This document shows, in pieces, positions 39,771-52,757 of a stretch of 64,000 nt of DNA; within the stretch, counting starts at the first letter, position 1; every line of letters starts with the position of its first letter. Source of the DNA: Octopus vulgaris (taxonomy: Eukaryota). The translations under genes and the position numbers were made by a program. The notes under the pieces were generated by a model, which saw nothing but the letters and a program-made list of their open reading frames with translations, had not been told where the DNA came from and made no database searches. The stretch spans positions 36,394,001-36,458,000 of the forward strand of contig OX597824.1 in assembly GCA_951406725.2 (NCBI GenBank), given 5' to 3'.

Positions 39771-42700
39771 TACGCACATAAATTCTTCCGCTTCACGCCA
39801 ACTTCAAAAGAACTTCACTCATACAATCGTGCTCTCTCTGTCTCTTTCGCTTTCACGCCGACTTCAAAGAGTGAAGGAGTAAAAAACAAGATATTTTCAC
39901 TTGTCCGGGCATTGCTATTACAGACAAATTAACAACAATTCGACTCAAGAGATAAACACAAACCACCCCGTGCTAACTGCAAAAATCCCGCCAAATTAGC
40001 CGGAAAAACACACACACGTCCATTTCATATATCTTCTTTCAATTTCTGCTCTCTGATTACACATATGTCCTATACAATAGTTCTCAGCTACATTTTCTTC
40101 TCTAAAGTGTCTATTTTTTCTGTAAGCGTATAACAATGACTTCTATACTTCTCCACTTAGCTTTTATCTTCACTTTTCTTAAATTGGATATGTCTGCTAT
40201 TAAGTTGCAGAACTTTAGCAGTACAGTTAAAAATCATTTCTGCTTTACTTCTTACATACAATTTGCCTGTAAATTCTTACAACTTCATTTTTTGGTGATG
40301 ACTGAAATGTTAAACATTTTCTAACTGTTAAAGCAATTCTTAACGTCAACTTCTTAATGCCTCTTTTATTTTTTTCCTAGCACCCATACTTACCAAGATC
40401 GATTAAAACTTCTCATGAAATTCCCTCTTTGTTTCCCCATTAAAACAACCAGTTGCTCACACAGCCGCCATATAACAAGGGGCCTATAGGGTGACAGTCA
40501 GCCCAAACTTTCCTTATGCTGTCTCTCTTCTTTCACCTCTTTGTGGGGTTAACTATCTTCATCTTTAGTTACAGTTTCTCATTCAAACTACATAATACGC
40601 AGAATTGTCAGATTAATACAGTAAGGTGTTTTGAGGGAGATTTTGCTGCTATTTCTACCAGATCTACCTACCATGTAGACGTCTGAACTTAATTTTCATT
40701 CACAGATTTGCATTTCAAAAATTTCACATAATCTTTTTCCATAAATCAACTATCGTAAAAATGTTCTAACATGACCTTACATTTTTTATGTATGTGTGTA
40801 TACCTTAAAAGACGTTATTAGACAGAGGTCCAATAGAATAGTTCTCAGAAACAGACTACGTAAAAATTCTTTCATCAGAACTCCTGAAGCTGTTTTTTGC
40901 GAAGATATTTTCACTTGTCCGGGCATTGCTATTACAGACAAATTAACAACAATTTGACTCGAGAGATAAACACAAACCACCTCGTGCTGACTGCAAAAAT
41001 CCCGCCAAATTAGCCGAAAAACACACACACACACACATACACACGCATGTCCATTTCATATGCCTTCTTTCAATTTCTGCTTTCTTGGATGCTCCCGGCG
41101 GAACCGGAAAAACTTTTCTCATGAACCTCCTGCTCGCCACAATTCGCCAGGAAAATCAGATTGCCATAGCGGTTGCATCAAGCGGCATTGCGGCAACTCT
41201 ACTGCATGGCTGTCGTACGGCACACTCAGCCTTCAAATTACCACTAGACTTGACCAAACAGGAAAATCCAACTTGCAATGTTAGTCGTGGCTCAGCCATG
41301 GGGAATCTCACTGAGTGCAGCCTTATAATTTGGTATGAGGCAACCATGTATCATAAGGCGGCTTTTGAGGCGCTCGATCGGTCTCTTCAAGACCTAAGAC
41401 GCAATATGAGAGTGATGGGTTGAGTGACTGTTCTGCTTGCTGGCGACTTCTGACAAACTCTACCAGTCATTCCATGGGGGACAAGAGCTGACGAGGTAAA
41501 TGCTTCCATAAAATCATCCTACTAATGGCACCACACCGAGAAACTTCACCTGACTACGAACATGAAAGTTCACGTGCATGGCGACGAAAACGCGGCCACA
41601 TTCTCGGCACAGCTTCTCGACGTTGGTAATGGAACTGCAGCTAGTGATACTGATGGTTCCATCCATTTACTATCTGGCAACTTTGTGCCTACCGTGGATG
41701 ATTTGATTCCTTCAGTTTTTTCTGACATTGCATACCAAAGCCTTGACACAACTTACCTACAAGGAAGAGCAATTTTGGTGCCTGACAATAAAACAGTCGA
41801 CGCTATCAATAATAAACTTCTCGATATGCTTCCTGTAGAAAAACTCTCCCTTCAAAACCATTGGCATGCATGAAAACCCGGATGATACGACCGTTTTCAC
41901 AACAGAATTCCTTAATTCCTAAACGCACGCAGGACTTCCGCCTCACGAACTCCATCTTAAAGTTGGCGCGCCCATCATGCTGCTGCGGAATTTCGATGCT
42001 CCAATAATGTGTAACGGCACGCGGATGATAATCAAAAAATTATACTCCCGAGTTCTGCAGGCAACTATCTTGAATGGACCAGCTGCTGGTCAAGATGTTC
42101 TTATAACTCCAATGTCCGTCACTCCCTCCGATACGATCTACAAGTTTAAGCGGCTCCAATTTCCTATCAAACTCTGCTTTGCAATGTCAATAAATAAGGC
42201 ACAGAGTCAATCATTGCAAATGATTGGTTTAAATCTCACAGAGCAAGTGTTCTCCCACGGTCAACTTTACGTTGGATGCTCTCGTGTTGGCAGACCACAA
42301 AGTCTATACTTTGTACATCAGAAGGGAAAAAGAGAAACGTTGCCTACAAAGAAGCGCTCCACTGAAAAGACGGCATTTCTTCACATCTTTCAAATCATCC
42401 CAGTCTGCCGCCTCAAAAGCTTCGTCTTCGCCATGCCAGCCAACGTAACTCAATGACACACACCTTCACTCACTTGCTCTATCTCACCCTCTTTCTCTCT
42501 CTTACATACACACACACAAGCACGCACGCACACACACACACACGTCCATTTCACATAGCTTCTTTAAATTTTTGCTCTCTGCAAATAAATTTTTACGGAT
42601 ACAACTGCTTACAAAAATAGGGGTTAATGTATAATTTCTTTCTATGTTCATAGTTAAATAAATGTTTTAATAATTAGACAGAGGTGGTTTGTAAGTGATT

Positions 42701-42979
42701 TGTCGTGTGTTCCCATATCAAAAGATCGCCCAATGTTTTAATGATTAGACAGAGGTCCAATAGAATAGCTCTCAGAAACAGACCACGTACAAATTCGTTT
42801 TTCACAACTCCTGAAGCTGTTTTCTGACAAGGGGGTAGGGAATTTTTAAAACAGCAGGAGGCTCCAACCAAAACAGGGGACCCGAAATGATAAGGTTGAG
42901 AAACTCTGTTATAGATAATGTCTAACTGAAAACGATCACGGCTACATCATCCAAACAGACCGGCCGGCTTAGCTGCTAG
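39385..42979 (+). mobile_element. Helitron with decayed PIF1-type helicase (RepHel C-terminal half)
   Basis: 41085-42360: DAPGGTGKTFL, AVASSGIAATLL.GCRTAHS, LLRNFD..MCNGTR, QFPIKLCFAMSINKAQ, FSHGQLYVGCSRV, with stops and frameshifts. 3' end ccggccgg...CTAG|T at 42976-42980. The 5' boundary is approximate. Confidence 0.85.
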
Positions 42980-43648
42980 TATATATATATATATATATAC
43001 GAGCAAAACAACTCCCGTCCAATGGACGGTACTGAGCTGTCAAATATTTAAACCAAATTTTCTCAAAACAACTTGCCCGACCGTCCCATATCGCATGGGC
43101 TTGTCCCAGATTATCATGCTGTAAACACTAACCTTTATGCCCAACAACTGCAACAAGTATATGATGCTTTGAAAGCCCTCTACCTGGCATTGAGCAATCA
43201 AAGACATGCACACCTACAGCATGACACAACCTCATCACATGCTGAGGAATTCAAGATTGGTTTTCCATGGAAGCTCCTCTATGCTGATGACATTGTTCTT
43301 TATAGCTGATTATCTACTAGAGAAACACTGATTTAACCTAAATTTGAGACACCAGCAAAAGAAGAAATAAAGATAGATTTTTTTCTATTCCAAGAAAAAC
43401 GATTTTACAAATGCACGTTCTCACGGCTTTATCGATCGCATTCTCACCTGGAATTGATTTTTGTAATTTTCCAAGACTTATACACGCCCTGATACCGTCG
43501 GTATCTACATATCAAATTTGAGCACAATCGGATGGAGGATGCCCGAGATCCTGGAAGACACACACACACAGACAGACAGAACGGATTTTATATAATGTAT
43601 ATTGATTGATTCTAGTTTCAGCTCACGAGCTGTAGCCATGCTGGGGCA

Positions 43649-43694
<46 letters not shown>

Positions 43695-43737
43695 TATCTA
43701 TATATAATGTGTGTGTGTGTGTGTGTAAACACACACC

Positions 43738-44440
43738 ATTAATAATTAAGAGTACTAACAAACAGTGCCGGTATGCTAAATATAGCAGTCAAAATGACCA
43801 AGCCACAAATTTTCGCTTAAAGACAAAGGTGAAAGCGGGCAAATGAATAAAAATCCTAAAACCACGTACCAATGACGAAAATAATCGAAAATTGAAAAAG
43901 CCAGATATACCTGTATCACCGCGATTTCGGACTCTTAATTCATCTTCAGCAAGCCTTACTGACCCCATGGTTATAGAGATTATTCATCTCACCAATGTGT
44001 ACGATGGCCGTTTCTAATGCCACAGCAAATTTTAAAATGGTGACCGAAGTGAATAAATATTATTTAAATATACATGCGGATATCAGTGTTTATAATAATA
44101 TCAGTGGCTTAGCATACGTGAAAAAAAATCCATAACGGTGAAAAATTGTCAATTAATAATTAAGAGTGCTAACAAGCAGTATCGATATGCTAAATATAGC
44201 AGTCAAAATGACCAAAACACCGGGGTTTTAGGATTTTTATTCATTTACTCGCCTTCACCTTTGTACTGAAGTGAAAATTTGTGGTTTGGTCATTTTGACT
44301 GCTACATTTAGCTTGCCGGTACTGCTTGTTAGTACCCTTAATTATTAATCGCTAATTTTTTTTACAGTCATGGGTTTTTTTTACGCATGCTAAGCCACTG
44401 ATATTATTATAAACAATAATATCTTCATATAAATATATAT
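43738..44440. mobile_element. Rearranged direct plus inverted repeat element with hammerhead motif (Penelope pLTR-like)
   Basis: 43738-43805 is repeated directly at 44152-44219. 43738-43863 is inverted at 44224-44350, and 44066-44219 is inverted at about 44283-44440. Confidence 0.75.
43910..43953 (-). ncRNA. Minimal type-I hammerhead motif
   Basis: Minus strand: CTTG-CTGAAGA-TGAATTAAGAGTCC-GAAA-TCGCGGTGA-TA-CAGG. The core is intact, with a mismatch at the base of stem II. Confidence 0.6.
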
Positions 44441-44444
44441 TGTT

Positions 44445-44660
44445 TTATTCTTTTACTTGTTTCAGTCATTTGACTGCAGCCATGCTGGAGCACCACTTTT
44501 AGTGGAACAAATCGATCCCAGGACTTATTCTTTGTAAGCTTAGTACTTATTCAATTGGTCTCTTTTGCCGAACCGCTAATGTTATGGTGACGTAAACACA
44601 TCACCATCGGTTGTCAAGTGATGTTAAGGCGATAAACACAGACGCATAAACTTATACACA
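44445..44660 (-). mobile_element. SINE 3' portion (same family as 58585-59010)
   Basis: Reverse complement of the tail gcaaaagagacc.at.gaataagta.ta.gctt.caaagaataagtc...agcatggc..cagtcaaatgactgaaac.agtaaaa. Confidence 0.75.
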
Positions 44661-44689
44661 CACACACACATACATACATATGTGTTATA

Positions 44690-44750
<61 letters not shown>

Positions 44751-44765
44751 TATATTTATATATAC

Positions 44766-45665
<900 letters not shown>

Positions 45666-45769
45666 ATTTCAGTTCTTTGGCACAGAATAACTGCTTGGCT
45701 AGAGGTGGCGCTGCAAAATTTCTGTTCAAAAATATATATAATTTTCAAAGTGACACATAGTCACTGATC

Positions 45770-47150
45770 TAATAAATAGAAACATTATGAAAGACTATCA
45801 AATGTAGTTAATGCATAAGAGGAGTCTACCTAATGTAGACCCAACAGAGGGACCAGCTATCCAAGCTGACAGCAGTATGATAGATAAAGCAATTAATGAT
45901 ATAAAAACTGGGAAAGTACTGGCCCATCAAGGAATTACACTGCAATGCTTAAAATATCTGCCAGAGTAAGATATGGCCTAGTCACCTATATAGTGAACCA
46001 GGTTGTCCAGGGAAGGGTCATACCCAATTACTGATACTGCAGCATTATAGTCAAGTGCTACAAAGAGAAAGGTGATGCTTCAGACAGAAGTAGTTACAGA
46101 GGTATCAAATTACTGTCCAGATTATGAATATTACAAAAAGGATCGCAGCTCAACTAATTAGGAAGGGAGTTAACCTAGATGAGATGTGGTTTGACTTTAT
46201 GCCAAGGAAAAGCATTATTGATACTATCTACCTAGTAAGGCAACTGCAGGTGAAGCACTTAGCATTGACAGGAGAAGCACTTAGTCACTGGCAGGGTCCC
46301 TTGCTCCCTCATATAGTGGTTGATGCAAAAGCTAGGGGTAAATGAGTGGTTGGTGAGAACTGTCTGCATCATATGTTGGATACTGTCAGTAAGGTGAAAG
46401 TCAGCACGGAGTACAGGGATAAATTTAGTGTGTAGGTAGGAATTCATCAAGGATCGGTTCTCAGCCCCCACTTATTTATCATCACAGACCTCCAGGACAT
46501 AACTGAGGAATTCAAGATTGGTTTTCCATGGAAGCTCCTCTATGCTGATGACATTGTTCTTTATAGCTGATTCTCTACTAGAGTCAGAAGAGAAATTTCA
46601 GGAATGGAATCAAGGACTGAAATCTATGGACCTTGGAGTTAATTTAGCAAAGATCAAAGTACTATAAGCAGACAAATTACTAATCCCTTTCAGGAAATAG
46701 CCCTATATAATATGTAGAAAAACTGTAGATAAAACTCTACTTGGTGTAACCAGTGCAAGCTATGAAGTCAGAGGAAGGTTAACAGAGAAAGTACTCTTTG
46801 GATGTATTAGATACACAGATACAATAAACACTAAGAATGTAAAAGACATAAATTTCTTCAAATCCAGGAGCCCTTGGAGGTAGAAGATAGTTTTCATTGC
46901 CTAGGTGACCAAATTAGCAGTGCAGAGGTTGCTCTGAAAGTTTAGTTCCTAGTTGAACTGTTATGGTCCTGTGATGCATATAGATGAGGACAGCTGCATG
47001 AAGAAGTGCCAATCTCTAATTGTGGAGTGAACTTGTGGAAGAGGAAGACCAGGAAGATGTGGTACAAAGTGGTGAAATGATCTTCAGATGCTGAGCCTCA
47101 CCAAAATGACAAAGGGCCGAGACAGCTGGTGATATGCTGTACTTGAAAAG
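45770..47150 (+). mobile_element. Decayed RTE-clade LINE (RT and 3' end)
   Basis: CYKEKGDASDRSSYRGIKLL, FMPRKSIIDTIYLVRQLQ.K, VGIHQGSVLSP and PWKLLYADDIVL fragments. Confidence 0.85.
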
Positions 47151-47774
47151 ACTTGCCAAACAAAGTAAAATCTATTTCCGTGACCCTTTCCCTACCCAAC
47201 AACCCATCCAGGCTCACCACCAGTTTCCCCTCTCCCATCCTTTCTCCTTCATGTATCCACCTACCTATCTACACAATATACCCCTGTCAAGTCTCTTCCC
47301 TTCCTTCTCATCTCTAGCTCCCACTCTCCTTTCAAAATCTTGTGACTCCACCCACCCACCTCTCTCTCCAATCCCCAGTCCACTTCACTACATAAATCAC
47401 CCTGTAACTTGGCTGTATGACCCCTGCCTCCTCTCTGTCACGTTTTCACCATTTTTCTTGTCTCACTCTTTTGTCCATCTGAGGAAGTCATGTCTCTTCA
47501 AATGCAAGACACATTTCTGTCCCTCAATACTGCTCCTCACCCCCAGTTGATGGGTCTTGTCCTGCCAGTTACTTGGGGATCTCACTGATGTTGTTACCAT
47601 GTTAAAAACACCCATAACACCCTGTAAAATGCAAAGGGCATCCATCCATAGAACTAGACAGTGATGCATGCTGACTTGTCTGCTGCCATCAAACCATCCT
47701 ACCCATGCCAGCATGGTAAACGGACATTTAGTAACAGCAATGATGATGATGATACATACACACACACACAGATA

Positions 47775-49035
47775 TACCAGGTTGAGTCAAAAGTTCTTTT
47801 GGATTTTCATTCATAATTTCTGGTAACTCATATCTCCATGTTATATCATTAATTTGATACAACCTGTTCATTCATTGCTGAATTGTTTATTCTTTATTCT
47901 CATATATAAAATGTGAACAATAATTGTTTATTCTTTATTTTACAGCTTTGATAATATGTGGTGAAAAAAAATTGGAATAAGAGCCATTTTACACTACCTG
48001 TGAAAAACGGACTGAATGCATAGGCAGTGGCAAAAGAAATTAATGATGTGGAAGGCCCAAGAAGTGTCAACAAACATGTGGTTCAAAACTGGTTCAGATA
48101 TTTCAAGAAAGATGACAACAGCTTCAAAGACAAATCACGGTCAGGACGACCTTCTGTTGTGGAGGATGAGGCCTTATCTGTAATGGGTGGACAGTCAAGC
48201 ACAAGTACTCATACATTGTTGATAGAACTTGCTCCTTCACAAAACACCATCAATTGACACCTCCATAAGCTCAGCCTTGTGAATAGACACTATCAATATA
48301 CTTCTTGTGAACTGACCAATGATCTGCTCAATGATACGTAAAAATTTGCAAACAACTGCTAATAAATCCTCAAGATGCCTGTTTTTGGTGTTGAAATGCA
48401 ATGGGGATGAAAATTGGATCTATTTTCATAATCTTAATAAGAAAAATCAGTGGCTTCACTCTGATAACACTTCAGAACCAGTTGTCAAACAAGGGTCATT
48501 TGAACAGAAGGCCTTGTTGTATGTTTTGGTGGAATCTCAGTCAGGTGTTACATTTTGGGCTTGTCCCAGATTATCATGCTGTAAACACTAACCTTTATGA
48601 CCAACAACTGCAACAAGTATATGATGCTTTGAAAGCCCTCTACCTGGCATTGAGCAATCAAAGATATGCACACCTACAGCATGACACAACCTCATCACAT
48701 ACTGCTAATGTAACCAAGAGCAGACTTGAGGAAGTTGGGGGGCTGGAAGTGCTACTTTACCCTGTCTACAGTCCAGATTCTGCACCATCAGATTACCACC
48801 TTTTCTGAGCCATAGCTCATTTCCTGGATGGACGGAGGTTCAACAATGTGGATGAGGTTTATTTCCAAACCAATGAAATTGTACACGTATGGAATTGAGT
48901 TTCTGGTTCAAAGATGGCAAGAGACAATAGAATATGATGGAATATATTTTGATGGATAAATGCTTTTCCTAAGTACTTTGATTGAACTATTAATTAAAGC
49001 TTGAAATATGAGAAAACTTCTAACTCAATCTGATA
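47775..49035 (+). mobile_element. Decayed mariner element
   Basis: TA-flanked imperfect TIRs (ccaggttgagtcaaaagtt / aacttctaactcaatctga). Fragments VVQNWFRYFK..RSGRP, GDENWIYF and YSPDSAPSDYHLF. Confidence 0.9.
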
Positions 49036-49387
49036 CACATACACAAACACACAAACATATATATATATATATACACACATACACACACACATAGTGTTAA
49101 AGTAGTAACAATACTGAAAAGTAATTTTTTGTTACCACTGCAACATGGCTGTTCTGTATGGAATTACATTGCTATCATTTTTTAACTCCAGAAGTCTTGG
49201 CAAACTAGTCTTTTTTACTGCTAGATGGTAGGTGTTGTGCCCCTGCTCACAATGTATCAGACACAGGTTGTGTTATTAACCAGTCAGAGATGTCCTCCTG
49301 AGGTTACAAAATGGTAATAATGTAGTTCTGTATTGAACAACCATGTTGCAGTGCAACAAACATTACTTTCATATATATATATATATA

Positions 49388-50567
49388 TACAGGTTGCGTA
49401 AGGTATTTGACAATACCCTCTTTTTGGGCATTGCTGCATTTTTTGCAAACTCTATATAATCTTTGTTTCAGAAAATAATAATAGCAGACCCTTACCTTAC
49501 TCAAGAAATGAAGAGGCATGTTGTTATCATAGCTATAAAGGCTGAGCATAGCGATTTAGAAATATCTTGATTTGTAAAAATTACCAGATCTTTCATCTAC
49601 AAAGTTCATAAGGATTTAGAGACCAAAGGTGGAAACATATCAAAGTGTAAAGCATTCTAAATACTCTGAAATCATCAGAACACCAAGTTCAGCAGACCGT
49701 TGATTACAGCCTCAGAAAATCCATAAGGTCTATTGCAAAGATCTCCATGTGTCAGAAGGAACAATCAAAAATGTTGTCCACGAAGACATCAGATATAATT
49801 CTTATATGATGAGAAAAGGTCAATTTATGTCAGAAAAAGAATATTGCTACACCAGATCTAAAAGGCTCTTATATCAACTGAAAAAACCAGCAGAAGAAGA
49901 TCTGATTTGGTTTTTCTCAGATGAGAAAAACTTCAACTAAGATCAGAAAGTTAACAAAAGAAATGTGTTATACCTATGAAATTTGCTGTAACTGTCATGA
50001 CTTTAGGGGTTGTCAGCAATGGAGAACATGTGATGCCTCCTTACTTCTTTCCACAAGGGTTTAGAGTTAATTCTGCCACCTACATGAGGTCCTAGAAACA
50101 GTTGTTAAGCCCTGGATAGACAGTGGACACAATGGAAAGCCATGTGTTTTAGCAAGACTTTGCACCATCACACAAGGCTCAAGTAATGCAGGAAAGGATG
50201 GCTGAAAATTTTCATGATCACAAAACCTCTATCATTTGGACTTCTGATTCCCCAGATCTCAATCCATTGGACTATTACATGTGGAGCATTGTTGAGAGAG
50301 GTCAATGAATACACCCATAACATCAAAGATTCTTTGAAAGCTGTCATAGAGTAATGTCAAAAATGAACCAGGTCCACTTGATTCAAGCATGTAGGTGATT
50401 TTGATTTTGTATAGAATCAGCTAGTGTAACTGAAGGTGGCTTTATTGAATAACATTATTGAAAAAAAGGTTTATTTTCATCCTCATAGCATTTTTTGATA
50501 ATAAAGTTATTATCTGTTATTTATTTACACACATAAATCTGTCCCCAGATATCTTATGTATCCTGTA
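49388..50567 (+). mobile_element. Decayed Tc1/mariner element (DD37D/maT-like)
   Basis: TA-flanked TIRs (caggttgcgtaaggtat / atatcttatgtatcctg). WFFSDEKNF, QDFAPSH and SPDLNPLDYYMW motifs. Confidence 0.85.
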
Positions 50568-50809
50568 TATACATACATACATTTATATATATATATACAA
50601 GCAAAACGCCCCCCCCCCGTCCAATGGATGGTGCTGAGTTGTCAAATATTTAAACCAAATTTTCTCAAAATAACTTGTCTGACCATCCCATAGGCCTCCC
50701 CTTTGAAAAACACTGATTTAAACTAAATTTGAGACACCAGCAAAATAAGAAATAAAGATAGACTTTTTTCTATTCCAAAGAAAAACGATTTCCCACGGCT
50801 TTATCAATC

Positions 50810-51310
50810 AGATGGCTTTGTGAAGCTTCTGGAGACTGTGATGAAACCCTGGCCTGGAAGGCTACATGTGTGATAACAGGATTCAGCTCCTTGCCAGACC
50901 TCCAGAAAGAGTTAGAAGTGGTTGTTGGAGAATTTCTATGACTTCACCAGCCCCAATTCCTGTTGTTCTAATTCCACTGATTGTAATCCCATGGATTTAC
51001 TACATGTGAAGTGTAGTTGAGAGAGACACCAGCCACTCTGTCTGCAACACCAAGGCTGAGTTGGTGGCCAACATCAAAGAGGTATTCAAAGACCTTCCCA
51101 GGGACACTTTGGGAAAACTCATGCCAGGTTCTGGAGCCGTCTTGAGGCTATAGTGGAAGATGAGGACAGCTACTTTGAGTAAACTGTTATCTCCAAGCCC
51201 TTATTTAGCTGATATTTTTTCTTTTTTTTTAATATTTTCATTCTTGGATGCAATATTGTGTTTTCTTTACATTTTCAGCAAACTGTCAAATTTAATCCAA
51301 ACACCCTGTA
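50810..51310 (+). mobile_element. 3' half of a second DD37D/maT-like element
   Basis: LETVMKPW, QDSAPC.TS and STDCNPMD fragments; ends caccctgTA. Confidence 0.7.
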
Positions 51311-51448
51311 CACACACACACACGCATGAATACACACACACACACACACATATATATATTCACACACAAACACATACATGCGTACATACATACACATGAA
51401 TATATACATATATATATAAATATGTATTCACATACACACACATATATA

Positions 51449-52665
51449 TCAGGTCATTAAGAATGAAATGTCTGATTTTCTTAAGCACCAAATTTGACAA
51501 TCATTAACTCTAATGTTTTTATCCTGACAATTCTTTGTTTTACATCATCACTTTACAAAATGCCATTCATGGTGTCTGATTATATTGTGAGTTTTCTCTT
51601 GTAAATCAATTTTTGTGAAACCATCGATAGATCAAAAATTTGTGTTGTTTATGAATATGAGTTCCATCGTGGAACCAATGCATCACAGATAGCCAGAACC
51701 ATCTATGAGGTGTTTGGTGAAGATGTGGCAAATGGGTGCATTGTATGTCAATGGTTTGAGAAGTTCCGGTTTGATAACTTTACTCTTGAAAATCAGTTGA
51801 TGAGCTGGAAACTGTAGTGGAAGCAGGTACATCTCAAACTATGCATGAGTTAGCAGCAAGGATTGATGTTTTGATTCTAACTGTACTGGACCATCTGAAA
51901 CAAATTGGCAAGGTAAAGAAGCTGGACAAGTGAGTACCACATGAAGTGAACAAGTATCAAGTGATAGGTCATCTTGAAACTTGCTGTTCTTTGCCTTCAC
52001 AGCATAAAAGCAAACCATTTTTGCATCGTAGGAAAAATGGATTCTTTTCAACAATAGCAAGCATTCTGCACAGCGGTTGGATAGAGATGAAGTGCCAAAA
52101 CACGATCCAAAAAAGAATATTCACCAAAAAAAGCTAATGGTGTTTGGTGGTTCAATGCTGGTGTCATCCACTACAGCTTCATGAGACCTGGCAAGTCAAT
52201 TACAGTGGATATATACATCAACCAATTGGATGAAATGATGAGTGAACTCACAATTAAACAACCAAGATTGGTCAATAGAGACAGGCCAATTCTCTTGTAA
52301 GGCAATGTTCAATCACATGTTGCACAAAGAATGCTACTCAAGTTACAGGAACTGAACTTGGAAGTACTCTGTCATCCAGCATATTCACCAGACCTTGCAC
52401 CGACTGTCATGTTTTCCAGGCAAAAGACAACTTTTTGCAAGGAAAAACTTCAAATCTGAAGAAGATATAAAAACAACCTTTCATGAGTTCATCACCTCTT
52501 GCACTCCAGAATTCTTCACTGCCAGCATACATAAGCTACTGGTAAAATGGCAAAACTGTGTTGATAATTTAGAGGCATACTTTGATTAAGTGCATTGCTT
52601 TTTGTTGAGATAGAGTAAAATAAACTTTCAGTTCAAAATCAGACATTTCATTCTTAATGACCTGA
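51449..52665 (+). mobile_element. Mariner element with perfect 31-bp TIRs, decayed transposase
   Basis: TA-tcaggtcattaagaatgaaatgtctgatttt ... aaaatcagacatttcattcttaatgacctga-TA. Fragments YEFHRGTNASQIARTI..QWFEKFR, VPHE and HPAYSPDLAPTDCH. Confidence 0.92.
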
Positions 52666-52714
52666 TATATATATATGTGTGTGTGTGAGTGTGTGTATGT
52701 GTGTGTATGTGTGC

Positions 52715-52757
<43 letters not shown>

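Noticed and set aside
41085-42456. Host PIF1 helicase gene
   Set aside because: Intronless, broken by stops and frameshifts, and followed by a Helitron hairpin-CTAG terminus.
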